Source: Tubulanus polymorphus
Lineage: Eukaryota; Animalia; Nemertea
Direction of reading: 5' to 3'
Length of the DNA: 64,000 nt
Assembly: GCF_964204645.1 (NCBI RefSeq)
Contig: NC_134025.1
Location: 22,238,299 to 22,302,298 of the forward strand
Positions 13,733-27,715 of this stretch are shown here, in pieces (position 1 is the first letter of the stretch; each line of letters starts with the position of its first letter). The position numbers were made by a program, and so were the translations under genes. Under the pieces are notes generated by a model. That model ran no database searches, was not told where the DNA came from, and saw nothing but the letters and a program-made list of their open reading frames with translations.

Positions 13733-15561
13733 CTTTATTTTCCCTCGAATTACAACACGATGATACAATATTTTTATGAAACCATATGTTCAACGAATGC
13801 GCGTAATTCCTAGTATTGATACACTTTTTCTTATATGAAAAATAAGATAGATTTTTCGCGTTATTCAGCATCCTATTTCATCGTACTGTATTTGCATTTG
13901 CTTGTATTTTAGCCTAAGTTCACTTATCAGCTTCCTATGTATAATTTGTTCTTTCCTCAGATTAGTTACATTTCCATATTTGTTACTACCATCTGTCTTA
14001 TCTGTTTTGTATCGGTTTTATCCTTGAGCTCAGTCAATCGTTATATCTATGACATTTTACTGAATGAAATTAAATTCGAATATGTAGTTGAATAGATGGA
14101 ATTTTATACTGTTTAAGAAAGAATGCATAGTTTCCAAATTTGTGCTTGTTTTTTTAAATATCGCATCAATGAAATTGAAATCCAAAACGAAATTGAATAA
14201 AAGGGAATTTTGCACTCTTAAGGAAATACCCGATGGTGAAGATATCTGATTCTATATTCTTGCTTGTTTGTTATACATAATATCATGTTACTTGGATTTC
14301 GATTCAACCCGGAAAGTCTATTTTACAAAAGCTACTGTCAAAAGTGTTATACGTTAAAGAATATACCGCATACATTGAACCAATGAAATCCATAAAACTT
14401 TTGACCCAAAATAGTAGTTGCAGTTTGTGTGAATTTGCTTCGGGATTTCCAATCACGATTCAAATAGCTATATTTCAAAAGGCAATCATTGTGTCGCAGT
14501 CAACACCGTGAAAGAAATCGTTTTTCAAGGAAGTTAAAGAAGATAATAGGCACCCTTGCGACGCGACCTTTGTTACTGGTCGATTGCTAAACGAACGTCG
14601 CGCTGGCAGTTCCATAGTGCCGACTTATGCCCGCCTTAAGGGCTTAAATGAACGTCGAAAAAACCCCGATGATCTCATATGCTTTACAGCCGATTGGCAA
14701 TCTAATACAAAAAATGAAAGAACATTATAACTTCTCATCGCCATGTTATAAAATGATTCCTCAAATTTTAGATAAAGAAAAGAGATTTGAACTGGTTCAT
14801 GCCGCCACGAATTGAATGGTTGTCGCTTTTCGAAATTCTTTTACCGCTGATTGATTACTCTTTGAATAACGCACGTACGCAAAATATTCTTGTAGCGTAC
14901 AAATATAAGGCTACCAAATACAAAAGGCTATAACGACTTCGAAATTATCTCTAATTGGTTAATTATCATAGACGTGCGTGAGTGCTCCCTTGATAATCAG
15001 GTTGCTAAAAGAAGATTTCCACGTTTAGGCCTACAAGTCGAGTAACGATAATAATAATTCGAAACCATATCAAAGCAAGTCTATAAAACCATATAAAAAC
15101 TTATTTATTGTACTTTACATTAGACTAAACATTCAACATTATAGAACATCAAAACAATTAAGTGTACAATCTTTAAATACAAGGTTTTTAAACGTGATTC
15201 AAAAGATGAAACGGTAGTAACGTCACAAATATTTCGAGGAAATCATATCATAATGTAGGTGCAATGAAAGTAAAAGCACCACAACCGAGGGATCATTACT
15301 GGATCTAAGTGGTCGACTAGGAATATATTGGTGTAAACGACTACATAAACTGACTGGTGCAAGACCATAGATACTTAAGAACAAGTAGTAGCAGAGTCTT
15401 TCTGAAGCAAATAAATTTCAAGTGCCAATAAGTAAATTGATAAATAAATGATCTATATTGAATTTCCAACAGTGGCGGTGCCCAACAGTGTGGGAAAGGA
15501 AGGTGTCTGTGTGTATGTAAGGGGTATTTTTACACATCAGAAGTCAACTGCATACGAAAAT

Positions 15562-18500
15562 ATGTTCGCCATGGCTTTCTTTCAAATCGTGTTCATCTTT
15601 ACACTCATTTCAGCAGGTAAACGATGCGTTTTTTTCACTCGATTTGCGTTTAATAGTCGAAGCCTTCAAAATCGAAAATTGTGTTATTTGATTTTTTAAA
15701 ATTCTTTTTATCATAATGAAATCGTATTATTGTTGTCAATATTCAAATCGCAGGAATTACAGAAATCTATTATCCACCGGTATTGACATGTACTCACTCG
15801 CCGATGAAGTCTGGCTCTTCCATCAGTGTCTTATACGGCAGCCCGGTTTCAATTAATTGTGCTGTGGACGCGAGCCCAGCAGCATCGTAAGTTATATATC
15901 ACATAGTCTTCAATGAAATCTCAAAATGTTAAAGTGGAACCTCGTTACAATGAACTCGAATATAACGATTCATCGGATATAACGAGTATAGAATTTTGTC
16001 CCAAGTAAGACAATTTCATTAATTTTTAGAGTGGATATATAGCGCACGATCGGTTATAACAAAAATTCATAATAGTCTTTATGAATCTTTGGTTATAACG
16101 AACATATTTTCTGGCCCCGTTCGCTGTAACGAAGTTCCACTGTATTGTATATTGATGTTACAGTTCATTCATTGTTTTGTCATTTTTTTCTAACTTCTGC
16201 TTGCCTTCTTAAATTTTCTTAATTGAATTACAGTTATCGTCTGAACTTTGAAAAAACCGTTCCTGATCCGATACCCGGCGAAAATGCGACCCAATACGCG
16301 GAGTCACCCGGACAACTGCAAATTCCGAGTTTCAATGGACGATTAGCTGGATTCTATACGTATCAGGCGTCTAATGATTTTGGAACAGCTGTTGCGAAAA
16401 AATTACATTTCAAAACGCAATGTACGTCAGCGAAACAGTCGTTCATTGTATCAAAACCCAGTTTTAAAGTTCGAGCCATCAACGACTTAACCTGTTCACA
16501 CTATCACTAATTAGTCCATTCTTAACTGGTCCGATTGAGAACGGACCAAATCAGAGGCGTACGTTCTCACACTCGTTGTTGAATCCGCTATACATAGTCA
16601 TCATTAGACCGGCAAGCTTTTAATTAATGATAAGATATACATTTCTGCCGTCATATCATATATCTGGACACAGCAATATTTGGTATTGAGTCAAGAGTCA
16701 ATATCAAATTCGTAACTGTTGAACTGGCTCCAGTTATTTTCTAGATGTTATTTCAATCGTTACCAACGACTGTTCATTTTAATAAGATACAATTTAGCTT
16801 AAATCTAATAATCAATTTAGCTTATATTGCATTTCAGTTATATCCGTCGATAATTCAGGACCAGTAAAATCACTCTTACTGGCACAAACGCGTAGTGGAA
16901 TGATTCCATGTGACGGTACATTCCTCGATTACAATGGAATAAACTTCGAGTGGAAATATTACGCCGCGTCCTCACTGACCGATGCCGCTAAAACCGCGCT
17001 TACAGCAGTTCCCGGGCCACTGGTTAATCTAGATAACGGTCGTTTAGTCGTTGACAGAACTTCAGGTTTGTATTTTGGAGATTCAGCTCTATATTTAACT
17101 AATGATAATATATTTCGAATCTTAATATTTTTTATCAAATACTTAATAATTACATTTATTTATTACGAATTGGTTGAGTTAGGTGGTTTTGGAATTGAAT
17201 AAAAATGAAATGAAACATGAAATCAAAAATGTTTCTAGACATCTTACTCCTGTTCCAGGAAGCCTGTATTTCACTGCAGGTCTACTAACCGATTCTCATG
17301 CTAGTGCTGACCATTATTTCTGCGTGGCATCGTTAAAATCTAACGCAAGCGTAGTTGGAGTTGGTTCGATTAGTAAAGTAACGACTCAGCTAAAAAGTGG
17401 GGACAGTAAGTATCCGCTATTTAGGAAGAACACACCCCATTGTCGTACTTTTAACTTGTCATTTTATTATTCCTAGACCCAACACTTGAACATCCACCCG
17501 CGTTCATGAAAACATCGGCGGCCTCGGTAGATGTGAACCAAGACGAAGACGTCACCCTTGTTTGCATCGCGAGTGGAAAGTATGTAAGAAACGTGTTTAT
17601 GACCACAAAATATATAATTTGCATTGAATTGAAGATACTCTGATCACACAGAATCATTCACAAGTTGATAATGTACGTAAGCTACGTATTCAATACCGCA
17701 TTCAAATTTAGAAGAATATGAAATCTTCTGGTCGACCAGGGGCTGTGTTCTAGGAGGGTATTTTATCGTCTTTCCTAGAATTTGTAAATACGAATGAATA
17801 CGTGCATTCTTATGTGTAGGCTATGTATATTACCTAAAATACATAAATCATGTATTTTTGATATTACCAGTATCAATTTGAAGTGTCTTCAGGATTTGCG
17901 CTATCATTGAGATATGTTACAAGATTCTAAATATTCTAGACCGACACCGACAATAACATGGACTAAAGATGGAACGACATTAGACAGTAATCTTCAATCT
18001 GAATATAACACCCATGTCATAATAAGAAAAGCTCAAACCAGTGATAGCGGGGTCTACAAATGCACTGCGCATAATACACAAAATACTGCAAGTCAGGACA
18101 TTACTCTGAAAGTTTATGGTGGGTAGATTTTGGGTGCGCACATATATCTTTAAAATGGTAGATATTCAACCGACGTTAGATTCATTCGACTGAATTACGT
18201 TTGATCCCGAAATAGGGTATTGTCCTTCTTATGTATTTGTATCGATGAAATGCTTATTTTTGGTGTGTCTCTTACAAAACTCGCCACATCTGCCGGCAAC
18301 GAAACAGGGGTTTGATTTTGAAATTGAAGTACATATATAGTCGGTCGAATAATTGAATAGTGTAAAACAATATTTCAGGGAAACTTACGATCACGAAGGA
18401 GCCACCTGTTGAGATTGTAGTAATCGAGGGTAAAAAGGCTTCATTTCAATGCGCGGGTAGTGGTTCACCACAGCCTCAAACCAAGTGGTACATCAATGCT

Positions 18501-20081
18501 CAACCATACGTGATAAGTAAGTTACCAGTGTTTCATGTTTTTGATATACACATTAGTGGCTCGATGTTCTTAGTGATCTCTTTTGATCAATATATTGTTA
18601 GACCAAAATCCACGAATTACTATTTCCGGGGACACTTTCACCATAAAAAACGCCAAGATACCGATTACGGCCAGCAATGGTACGATAGATCCCGGTGATA
18701 ACATGGTCGTACAATGTGAATTGACAAATAACCATCAAACCGTGTTATTCAATACGGGGATTAATGCCGTGGGTACGTATGATCACTAATTATGTAAAAT
18801 GCAACATTAAGAGCTTGGGTATAACCATTTAGTTAACAATATCGCAGTTATTCCAGAAATCAGTTTGACAAATGTCATGATCGTAAATCGTATAACTTCG
18901 TTGCACAATTATAGAACTTTTACAAATTTGAATTTCTTCCTTACAGATAATTCGACATGCCCGGATTGTAAGAATGAAGGCAAATGTATTCGAAACGCAA
19001 CGAGATACATTTGCAATTGCACTGCCGGTAAGACAGTGTAGTTTACTGTCGTATAATGCGTATTTTTGACACCACCTTATAAAGCGTCACCATCTAAAAT
19101 CTAAGCGATGAGTATAATGACGCATCATATGAAGCTACGTGTTGAAGACATGATGCGTAAAACACTATACGTGTACGCAATGTCGATTATACTATGGGCA
19201 ATATTTCCACGTCCTAGTACAGTAAACTTTATCCAAATAAGACGTTTTATAGCAATGAATGTGGGATTGTATGCAGTAGCGGCAGGCGAAAAGAAAGATG
19301 ATGTGCTATTCGGAATGTGCGGTCGGAGGGGTCTATACTCAACTCACCAATAACGTTTTAACCATTTCCTTATTAAGTACACGTTTTATCCAACGATAAT
19401 CTGTAACTGGCCCATGGACATCTAGTTTTCTGTGCAGTGATGATAGTTTTTACAAGACTTTCTCTCATTTTGAGCACTACCCGATACACAACCCCTACGC
19501 AATTCAGCTATTGGAACTATGTCGAATTTCTTCGAAATACGCTTTGTTCAATATGTGGGCCGACGGACCGCACTAAGATTGCAACGTCAGCCTACCCTTA
19601 AAACTTTCTACATTCCTTTCCAAGGCGTCAAATCATTGATTTCTAATCAATTTTCTTGTTCATATCTGTTAGCGCTTGTTTAACCGGATTTACTATGTCT
19701 TTGATAGAGTTTTCGGGCGCAACGTGCGAGAAATGTGAAACGTCATGTCCCGATCCTCCGGGTAAGTATAAGGACACTGGTCTCAATGTTTGCCATCTTC
19801 TGATGATATTAGTGATTTTAACGAATCCGGTGATTATTGCATGTTAAAATGATAATTCCTTTTTTTCTATAGCGTCAGTCGATAATTTACCGCTGATCAT
19901 CGGAGGATCAGTCGCCGCTGGTGTGGTTGTCACAGCGGTTGGCGTTACTCTAACTGTGCTTGGAGTAAAGAAGATGTTGATTTGCCAAAAACCAAATTCT
20001 ATAAACCATAACGACAACGCAGAACTCGGGGATGCGAGTCCAGATAAAAACGACAGTAGCACCCCTGAGGCGGGCGCATAG
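15562..20081 (+). CDS. Copy B: signal peptide-4xIg-EGF-TM protein, ~561 aa
   Basis: Intact phase-consistent exons 15562-15616, 15754-15886, 16234-16421, 16838-17065, 17259-17405, 17477-17579, 17940-18118, 18379-18516, 18602-18772, 18947-19027, 19708-19761, 19873-20081. Motifs GSLYF, LVCIASGKPTPTITWTKDG, DSGVYKC, DNMVVQC; EGF CPDCKNEGKCIRNATRYICNCTAEFSGATC; TM LPLIIGGSVAAGVVVTAVGVTLTVLGV. Confidence 0.85.
15932..16142. mobile_element. Tc1/mariner(pogo)-type MITE in intron 2, inherited by all three duplicates (also ~23742-23926, ~31455-31616)
   Basis: Termini aagtggaacctcgttaca ... tgtaacgaagttccactg|TA with internal ataacga subrepeats. Confidence 0.7.
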
Positions 20082-23000
20082 AAAACGTTGTTAGCCAAAT
20101 GAGTTGACCGAAGATGTTCATGATGAGAATTATTTTGGTAGTCTTTTTGACACCGTAAAATCCGTTACAATAATGTTTAACATGTATTTTTTATAATTGA
20201 TCTTTGAGAAGATGTACATTAAGTCAGGGTTAGACTGGTTGCCGGTCAATTCAATTCAATTATCCATATATTCAGATTCAATGACTTTATTGATTCGTAA
20301 TATTTGATTGTTTATATCATATCATTTCTGCATATGCAATATGTTTTTCACAAGGCACCAATAAACATTCAAATTAGTTTTCTTGTTTTATTTCAAAAGA
20401 GCACTGCACAGATTCTATTGTGTAGCATGAAATAACACAAAGTGCTGAGCTACAGTTGGTTTCGATGACTACACGTTATTCATTAGTTACTTCCGAAAAA
20501 AAACTTCTTTCAAATGTTTAATTCTTTTCGAATTATATTCCAAAAATGCGTTTCCGAAAAAAGATGATGAATTTAGTACAAATTCAATAAAATGAAATTT
20601 CTCACAAAGTCTTTGTAATGGACGCCAAGCTGTGGCTGAACTATTTTCACGACCACCACATTCTTGAGCTTGAGAAATATGATTTTGCTTTTTGTATGTG
20701 AGGCGTGTGTAGGTCTACATTCAGAATATCACAAATGATTGGGCTAGTAAGTAGAATTGATAAAGATGGTTCAGTCAACTCAGTCGATACTCGAAATTCC
20801 GATCAAAGACGGGATCGATGTACTGCGACATCAGTCGGGCCTGAACAGCTAAGCCTACCAGTCATAAGATTTATGCACATTTTTGACTGTAGGCCTAGAT
20901 TCTGCGGAATCACGATGTTGAATAGGAATTATCTTTGGCTGAATCTTCTCGTAATAAATGTTATATCTATTCTTAACAAAAAAGAAAAAAAAACAATTCC
21001 TGGAAAAAGATGTAGCTGCTGTATTTTAAAACATAAAACGATTTACTAACATTAAATACTGTATACGTATGGCTGTGTGTAAATCAATGTACTAAGCAAG
21101 TTGTATGTATTACAACATTAAGAATGGGATTAATCGCTGGTTTTCTGCGTAACAATCAACTGTTTCGTACTGGTGCTTAATCATTGTTGTACATAAAGAA
21201 ATATTGTGTGTAGAAAATTTCGTTGTCAGTGTTAGCTATTTCTGCCGGGATTGCTTTCTGTGTGTTCGGTTTACTGGAATCAAAATCCTATATATTTGCA
21301 TATGATGTAGATATACTATATACCAACGACAAAAAATAGCACCAGCTTTTACCAGATTCCTCCAATCGCGATGGTGTCGTGATAAGGAAGATTGTATCAC
21401 ACATGTCTGATGGTTTGCGTGCAAATCTCAATTGGTAAATTTATTCATTCAAACTCAGAGTGTATAAACTCTAAGTCTTTGCATCGAAATGCCTGTTTAT
21501 GATGTTCCAATTCCAGAAGTGGATTATACATTCAATCGTGATATCGGTTTTGCTCAAATTATACCAAACCTTCCGATATAAGTGGCTATAAATATTTCCT
21601 AATATCATAGATAGTTCTTTGTGGATTTTCTTAAATTCAAGCCCTTTTTACAATAGATATTCACCTTGCCTTTACGAAATAATCATACAAAAGCATTCTT
21701 ATATATTATCTCTTCCCGATTTCGAAAAGAAAATAAATGGATAGGTTAGTTGAAATGATTTCAACCCAAGTCTAAACGAGTGGGGCAGTTGCTGAAAAGT
21801 TGGATGGAGTATCAAATCAAAAATGAAAATGAAAAAATGATTTATGGGAAAACCCTATGCTCGTAATAAGCATCGCGCACGCGCGTGATTTAACGAGTAG
21901 ATTTTATTTCACAACAGTTTTAATAAATCAAAACGTGCATAAGACTCGAGAACTGAAAATTCGAAATAGGTGAGTTAATCGTGCGGCTTCGTATCGTCAT
22001 ATATACGATAACATCATAGCAATCACGAAACGTCTCTGAAATAACGCTATATGAAATAATCTATTTACGGAATGCTCATAATTGGTTGATCACCATTTAG
22101 TGTCTGAAATGAAAAATCAGACTTTTCGGCATCATAATTTCACGTCTTTGAATAGGAGTGCACCTGTTACAGTAGCTTGCATCTATATACTTTTGTCATA
22201 CTTTTCTTCGTTCAGTGGAGTTATATTTCCATATATATCTGAAATGTTGTGACTACTGCATCTGTTTTTTATATCCTTCAGTCACAATCGTTGTATGATA
22301 TTTCGCTGTATGAAATAGAAGTTGAATATGAAGTCTAGTGAAAAGGCATATTTTGCACTGTTTAAGAAATACCCGGAAGTGAAGATGTCCGGTTATGTTC
22401 TCGCTTGTTTATAACATGATCATAATACTAGGGTCTCGATTCAAAACGGCAAGTGTAAACTTTTCAAAAGCAACCGTCAATAGCATTATGCACGAATGAA
22501 AACGAATGAAACCAGATCATATTCAATCTAACCTTTGCTCGAAAATAATCGATGTTCATGTTCTGATTGAACTTGTTTTGCGAATGGAATAGATTTCAGA
22601 AGATAAGCATTGTGTCACAGTGGGCACCGCGGAAAACATCGATAAGGAAGTAAAGGGAAAAAACGCTGTTCTTATTACGCGCTAAAGCCTTATACATTAC
22701 ATGAATATATATTGGAATTATTGTAAATTGTCATCGAACGTTCGTCGCGTCATTAAATTTTTCCTCAAACTAAAAAAACCAGCAATTTGAACTGATTTAT
22801 ACCTCCACGAATTGAATGGTTGTCCCTTTTCGAAATTCTTTAACCAATGATTTATTACCCATTAAAACGCGCATATACAGCATACTACAGTTTTGGGGCT
22901 ATCAAATAAGAAAAGCTATCACGACTTCAGAATTGTAATTCGCTTAGTTAGATATGATATAAGTGGGTGCGCCCTCGCAAATCAGGCTACTAAATGAAGA

Positions 23001-23309
23001 GTTCCACGTAAACATATCGATTAGACCGATCATGCAAATCGCTGTCGAATGACAATGTGTAATCGATAAACGAATGATTTTTGTACAAGCTTACTGTTGC
23101 TTCAAAGCAGTCCTTCATTTGATATTAGTACTACATTTTAGTGCATATTATTTATCCATCAATTCGGTAAAAAATTTACATAAAAGAAATAAATCATTTC
23201 ATATCTTCTATATTGTGACATATTCTAGGTTTTTCAGTAGTGGTGGTATCCAATAGCGCGCGTAAGGCGTGTACGTTTGCGCAAGTGGTATTTTCTACTG
23301 GAAATTAAA

Positions 23310-26300
23310 ATGTTCGCCGCAGCCTTTTTTCAAGTCGTGCTCATCTTTGCTTTCGTTTCAACAGGTAAACGCGACATTTTCATTCGATTTGCGTTTATTA
23401 GTAGAAGCCTTCAGCTCAAACTACTCCAAAATCGATATTGTCCACGTATATACTATAATACTAGATATTGAATCAATCTCAAAGGCTTTTTGATTATGTA
23501 ATCGTTTTGAAATTGTATGCATTCTATGCCGTTATCATCAGTAGTATAACTTTTCACATAGCAGGAATAACAGAAATCTATTATCCACCGGTATTAACAT
23601 GTACTCACTCACCAATGAAGTCCGGCTCTTCCATCAGTGTCGTATACGGCAGCCCGGTTTCAATAAATTGTACCGCTGACGCAAGCCCCGCAGCATCGTA
23701 AGTTATATATCACATAGTCTTCAATGAAATCTCATAATGTTGCAATGGAACTTCGCTACAACGAACTCGATTAAGCCTTATAACGATTCATCGTATATAA
23801 CAAGTATAGAATTGTCCTGAGTAAGAAAATTTCATTAATTTCATACTGGGTACATAGCGAACTATCTGTTATAACGAACATATTTTCTGCTGGTCCCGTG
23901 AAATTCGCTGTAACAAAGTTCCACCGAATTGTATACTGATGTTACAGTTCATTCATTGTTTTGTCATTTTTTTTCTAACTTCTATTTGCCTTCTTAAATT
24001 TTCTTAATTGAATTACAGTTATCGTCTGAACTTTGAAAAAACCGTTCCAGATCCGATACCTGGCGAAAATGCGATCCAATACGAGGAGTCATCCGGACAA
24101 CTGCAAATTCCGAGTTTCAATGGACGATTAGCTGGATTCTATACCTATATGGCGTCTAATGATTATGGAACAGCTGTTGCGAACAAATTGCATTTCAAAA
24201 CGCAATGTACGTCAGCGAAACAGTCGTTCATTGTATCAAAACCCAGTTTTAAAGTTCGAGCCATCAACGACTTAACCTGTTCACACTATCACTAATTAGT
24301 CTATTCTTAACTGGTCCGATTGAGAACGGACCAAATCAAAGGCGTACGTTCACACACTCGTTGTTGAATCCGCTATACATAGTTATCATTAGTCCCGCAG
24401 GCTTTTAATTAATGATAAGATATACATTTCTGCTGTCATATCATATATCTGGACACAGCAATATTTGGTATTGAGTCAAGAGTCAAGATCAAATTCGTAA
24501 ATATTGAACTGCAGTTATTTTCTAGATGTTATTTCAATCGTTACCAACGACTGTTCATTTTAATAAAATACAATTTAGCTTAATCTAATAATCAATTTAG
24601 CTTATATTGTATTTCAGTTATATCCGTCGATAGTACAGGACCAGTTAAAAATATTGCACTGTTTCAAACGCGTAGTGAAGAGATTCCATGTGACGGTACA
24701 TTCCTCGATTACGGTGGAATAAACTTCGAGTGGAAATATTACGCCGCATCCTCCCTGACCGATGCCGCTAAAACCGCGCTCACAGCAGTTCCCGGGCCAC
24801 TGGTTAATCTAGATAACGGTCGTATAATCGTTGACAGAACTTCAGGTTTGTATTTTGGAGATTCAGCTCTATATTTAACTAATGATAATATTATATTTCG
24901 AATCTTAATATTTTTTATCAAATATTTAATAATTACATTTATTTATTACGAATTGGTTGAGTTAGGTGGTCTTGCAATTGAATAAAAATGAAATGAAATA
25001 TTAAATCAAAAATGTTTCTAGACATCTTACTCCTGTTCCAGGAAGCCTGTATTTCACTGCAGGTCTACTAACCGATTCTCAAGCTAAACCTGACCATTAT
25101 TTCTGCGTGGCATCGTTGAAATCTAACGCAAGCGTAGTTGGAGTTGGTTCGATTAGTAATGTAACGACTGTGCTAAAAAGTGGGGACAGTAAGTATCATC
25201 TATTTAGGAAGAACACACCCCACTGTCGTACTTTTAACGTGTCATTCTATTATTCCTAGACCCAACACTTGAACATCCACCCGCGTTCATGAAAACATCG
25301 GCGTCCTCGGTAGATGTGAACCAAGACGAAGACGTCACCCTTGTTTGCATCGCGAGTGGAAAGTATGTATGAAACGGTGATGATCACAGAATGTATAATT
25401 TGCATTGAATTGAAGATACTCTGATCATACAGAATCTCTATCATTCATAAGTTAATAATGTTATCTTGTTATCTAATCAATACTGCCTTCAAATTTAGAA
25501 GAATATGGAATCTTGTGGTCGACCAGGGGCTATATTCTGAGAGGGTATTTTATTGTCTTTCCCTAGAATTTGTAAATACGAATGAATACGTGCATTCTTA
25601 TGTGTATGCTATGTATATTAGCAGTATCAATTTGAAGTCTCTTCAGGATTTGCGCCATTATTGAGATAATGTTACAAGATTCTAAATATTCTAGACCGAC
25701 ACCGACAATATCATGGACTAAAGATGGAACGACATTAGACAGTAATCTTCAATCTGAATATAACACCCATGTCATAATAAGAAAAGCTCAAACCAGTGAT
25801 AGCGGGGTATACAAATGCACTGCGCATAATACACAAAATACTGCAAGTCATGACACTACTCTGAAAGTTTATGGTGGGTAGTTTTTTGGTGCTCACATAT
25901 ATCTTTAGAATGGTAGATTGTCGACCGACGTTAGATTCATTCGACTGACGTATGTTTGATCTCGAAATAGGGAATTGTCCTTCTTATGCTTATTTTTGGT
26001 GTGTCATTTACACAACCCACCACTTCTGCCACAAACGCAACAGGTGTTTAATTTTGAAATCGAAGTACATATATAGTTTGATGGTCGGTCAAATTACTTA
26101 AATTACCGAATTACTTGAAATAATTGAATAGTGCAAAACAATATTTCAGGAAAACTTACGATCACGAAGGAGCCACCTGTTGAGATTGTAGTAATCGAGG
26201 GAAAAAAGGCTTCATTTCAATGTGCGGGTAGTGGTTCACCACAGCCTCAAACCAAGTGGTACATCAATGCTCAACCATACGTAGCAAGTAAGTTACCACT

Positions 26301-27715
26301 GTTTTATGTTTTTGATAAATACATTCATGACTCGATGCTCTATCACTTTTGATCTATATATTGTTAGACCAAAATCCACGAATTACTATTTCCGGAGACA
26401 CTTTCACCATAGAAAACGCCAAGATACCGGCCTCCAATGGTACGACAGATCCCGGTGATAACATGGTCGTACAATGTGAATTGACAAATAGCCACCAAAC
26501 CGTGTTGTTCAATACGGGGATTAATGCCGTGGGTACGTATAAATCTAAATTACGTAAAATACAACATTTAGAGAACTTGGATGTAACCATTTAGTTAACA
26601 ATATCGCAGTTATTCCAGAAATCAGTTTAACAATGTTTTAATTCCCCATCTGAACTTCGTCTTAAATGTCACGATCGTATATCTTGTAACTTCGTTGCAA
26701 AATGGTTGAACTTTAACAAATTTGATTTTTTTTCTTACAGATAAATCGACATGCCCGGATTGTAAGAATGAAGGCAAATGTATTCGAAATGGAACGAAAT
26801 ACGTTTGCAATTGCACTGCCGGTAAGATAATGAAATTTGCTGTCGTATTATGCGTAGTGTTTTGACATATCGTTGCCGAAGAATATAGTGTCGATTATAC
26901 TATGGATAATATTTGCACGACCTGCTGCTATAGTATAATATAGTACTTTATCCAAAGAAGACGTTTGATAGCAATGAATGTGGGATTGTATTTACAGGAG
27001 CGGCAGGCGAATAGAAAGATGATGTGATATTCGGAATATGCTGTCGGAGGGGTCTATACTAATCGCACCAATAATGTTTTATCTTTCCCTTAGGTACACG
27101 TTTTATCCAACGATAACCTAAGTCTGTAACTGGCCCATGGACATCTAGTTTTCTGTGCAGTGATGATAGTTTTTACAAGACTTTCTATCATTTTGAGAAC
27201 TACCACTTACACAACCCCTACGCAATTCAGCTATTGAAACTATGTCGAATTTCTTTGAACGACGCTTTGTTCAATATGTGGGGCCCATGGACCACACTAA
27301 AATTGCAACGTCAGCCTATCCTAAAAACACATTCTACACTTTTTTCCAAGGCGTGAAATAATTGATTTTTGATTAACTTTCTGGTTCATATCCGTTGGCG
27401 CTCGTTTAACCGGATTTACTATGTCTTTGATAGATTTTTCGGGCGCAACGTGCGAGAAATGTGAAATGTCATGTCCCGATCCTCCGGGTAAGTATAAGGA
27501 CACCGGTCTCCAATGTTCGTCGACTTATGATGATATAAGTGATTTTAACGAATCTGGCGATAACTGCATGTTGAAATAATAAACCTTTTTCTATAGCGTT
27601 AGTCGATAATTTACCGCTGATCATCGGAGGATCAGTCGCCGCTGGTGTGGTTATCACAGCGGTTGGCGTTACTCTAACTGTGCTTGGAGTAAAGAAGATG
27701 TTGATTTGCCAATAA
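23310..27715 (+). CDS. Copy C: 4xIg-EGF-TM protein, ~529 aa, cytoplasmic tail truncated by a premature TAA
   Basis: Exons 23310-23364, 23565-23697, 24019-24206, 24618-24845, 25042-25188, 25260-25362, 25695-25873, 26150-26287, 26368-26532, 26741-26821, 27434-27487, 27597-27715. TGC CAA TAA where B has TGC CAA AAA. Confidence 0.85.

Noticed and set aside
13515-13871. Poly-Ile ORF resembling a membrane protein
   Set aside because: It is the translation of an (ATT)n microsatellite
18947-19761. Ig+EGF+TM as a neuregulin/vein-like EGFR ligand
   Set aside because: The EGF lacks the conserved Arg before Cys6 (GATC, GETC, GQNC), and the intron falls after Cys5 rather than between Cys4 and Cys5 as in EGFR ligands
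19844-20098. Minus-strand ORFs here and at 27469-27912
   Set aside because: Antisense shadows of the TM exons of copies B and C
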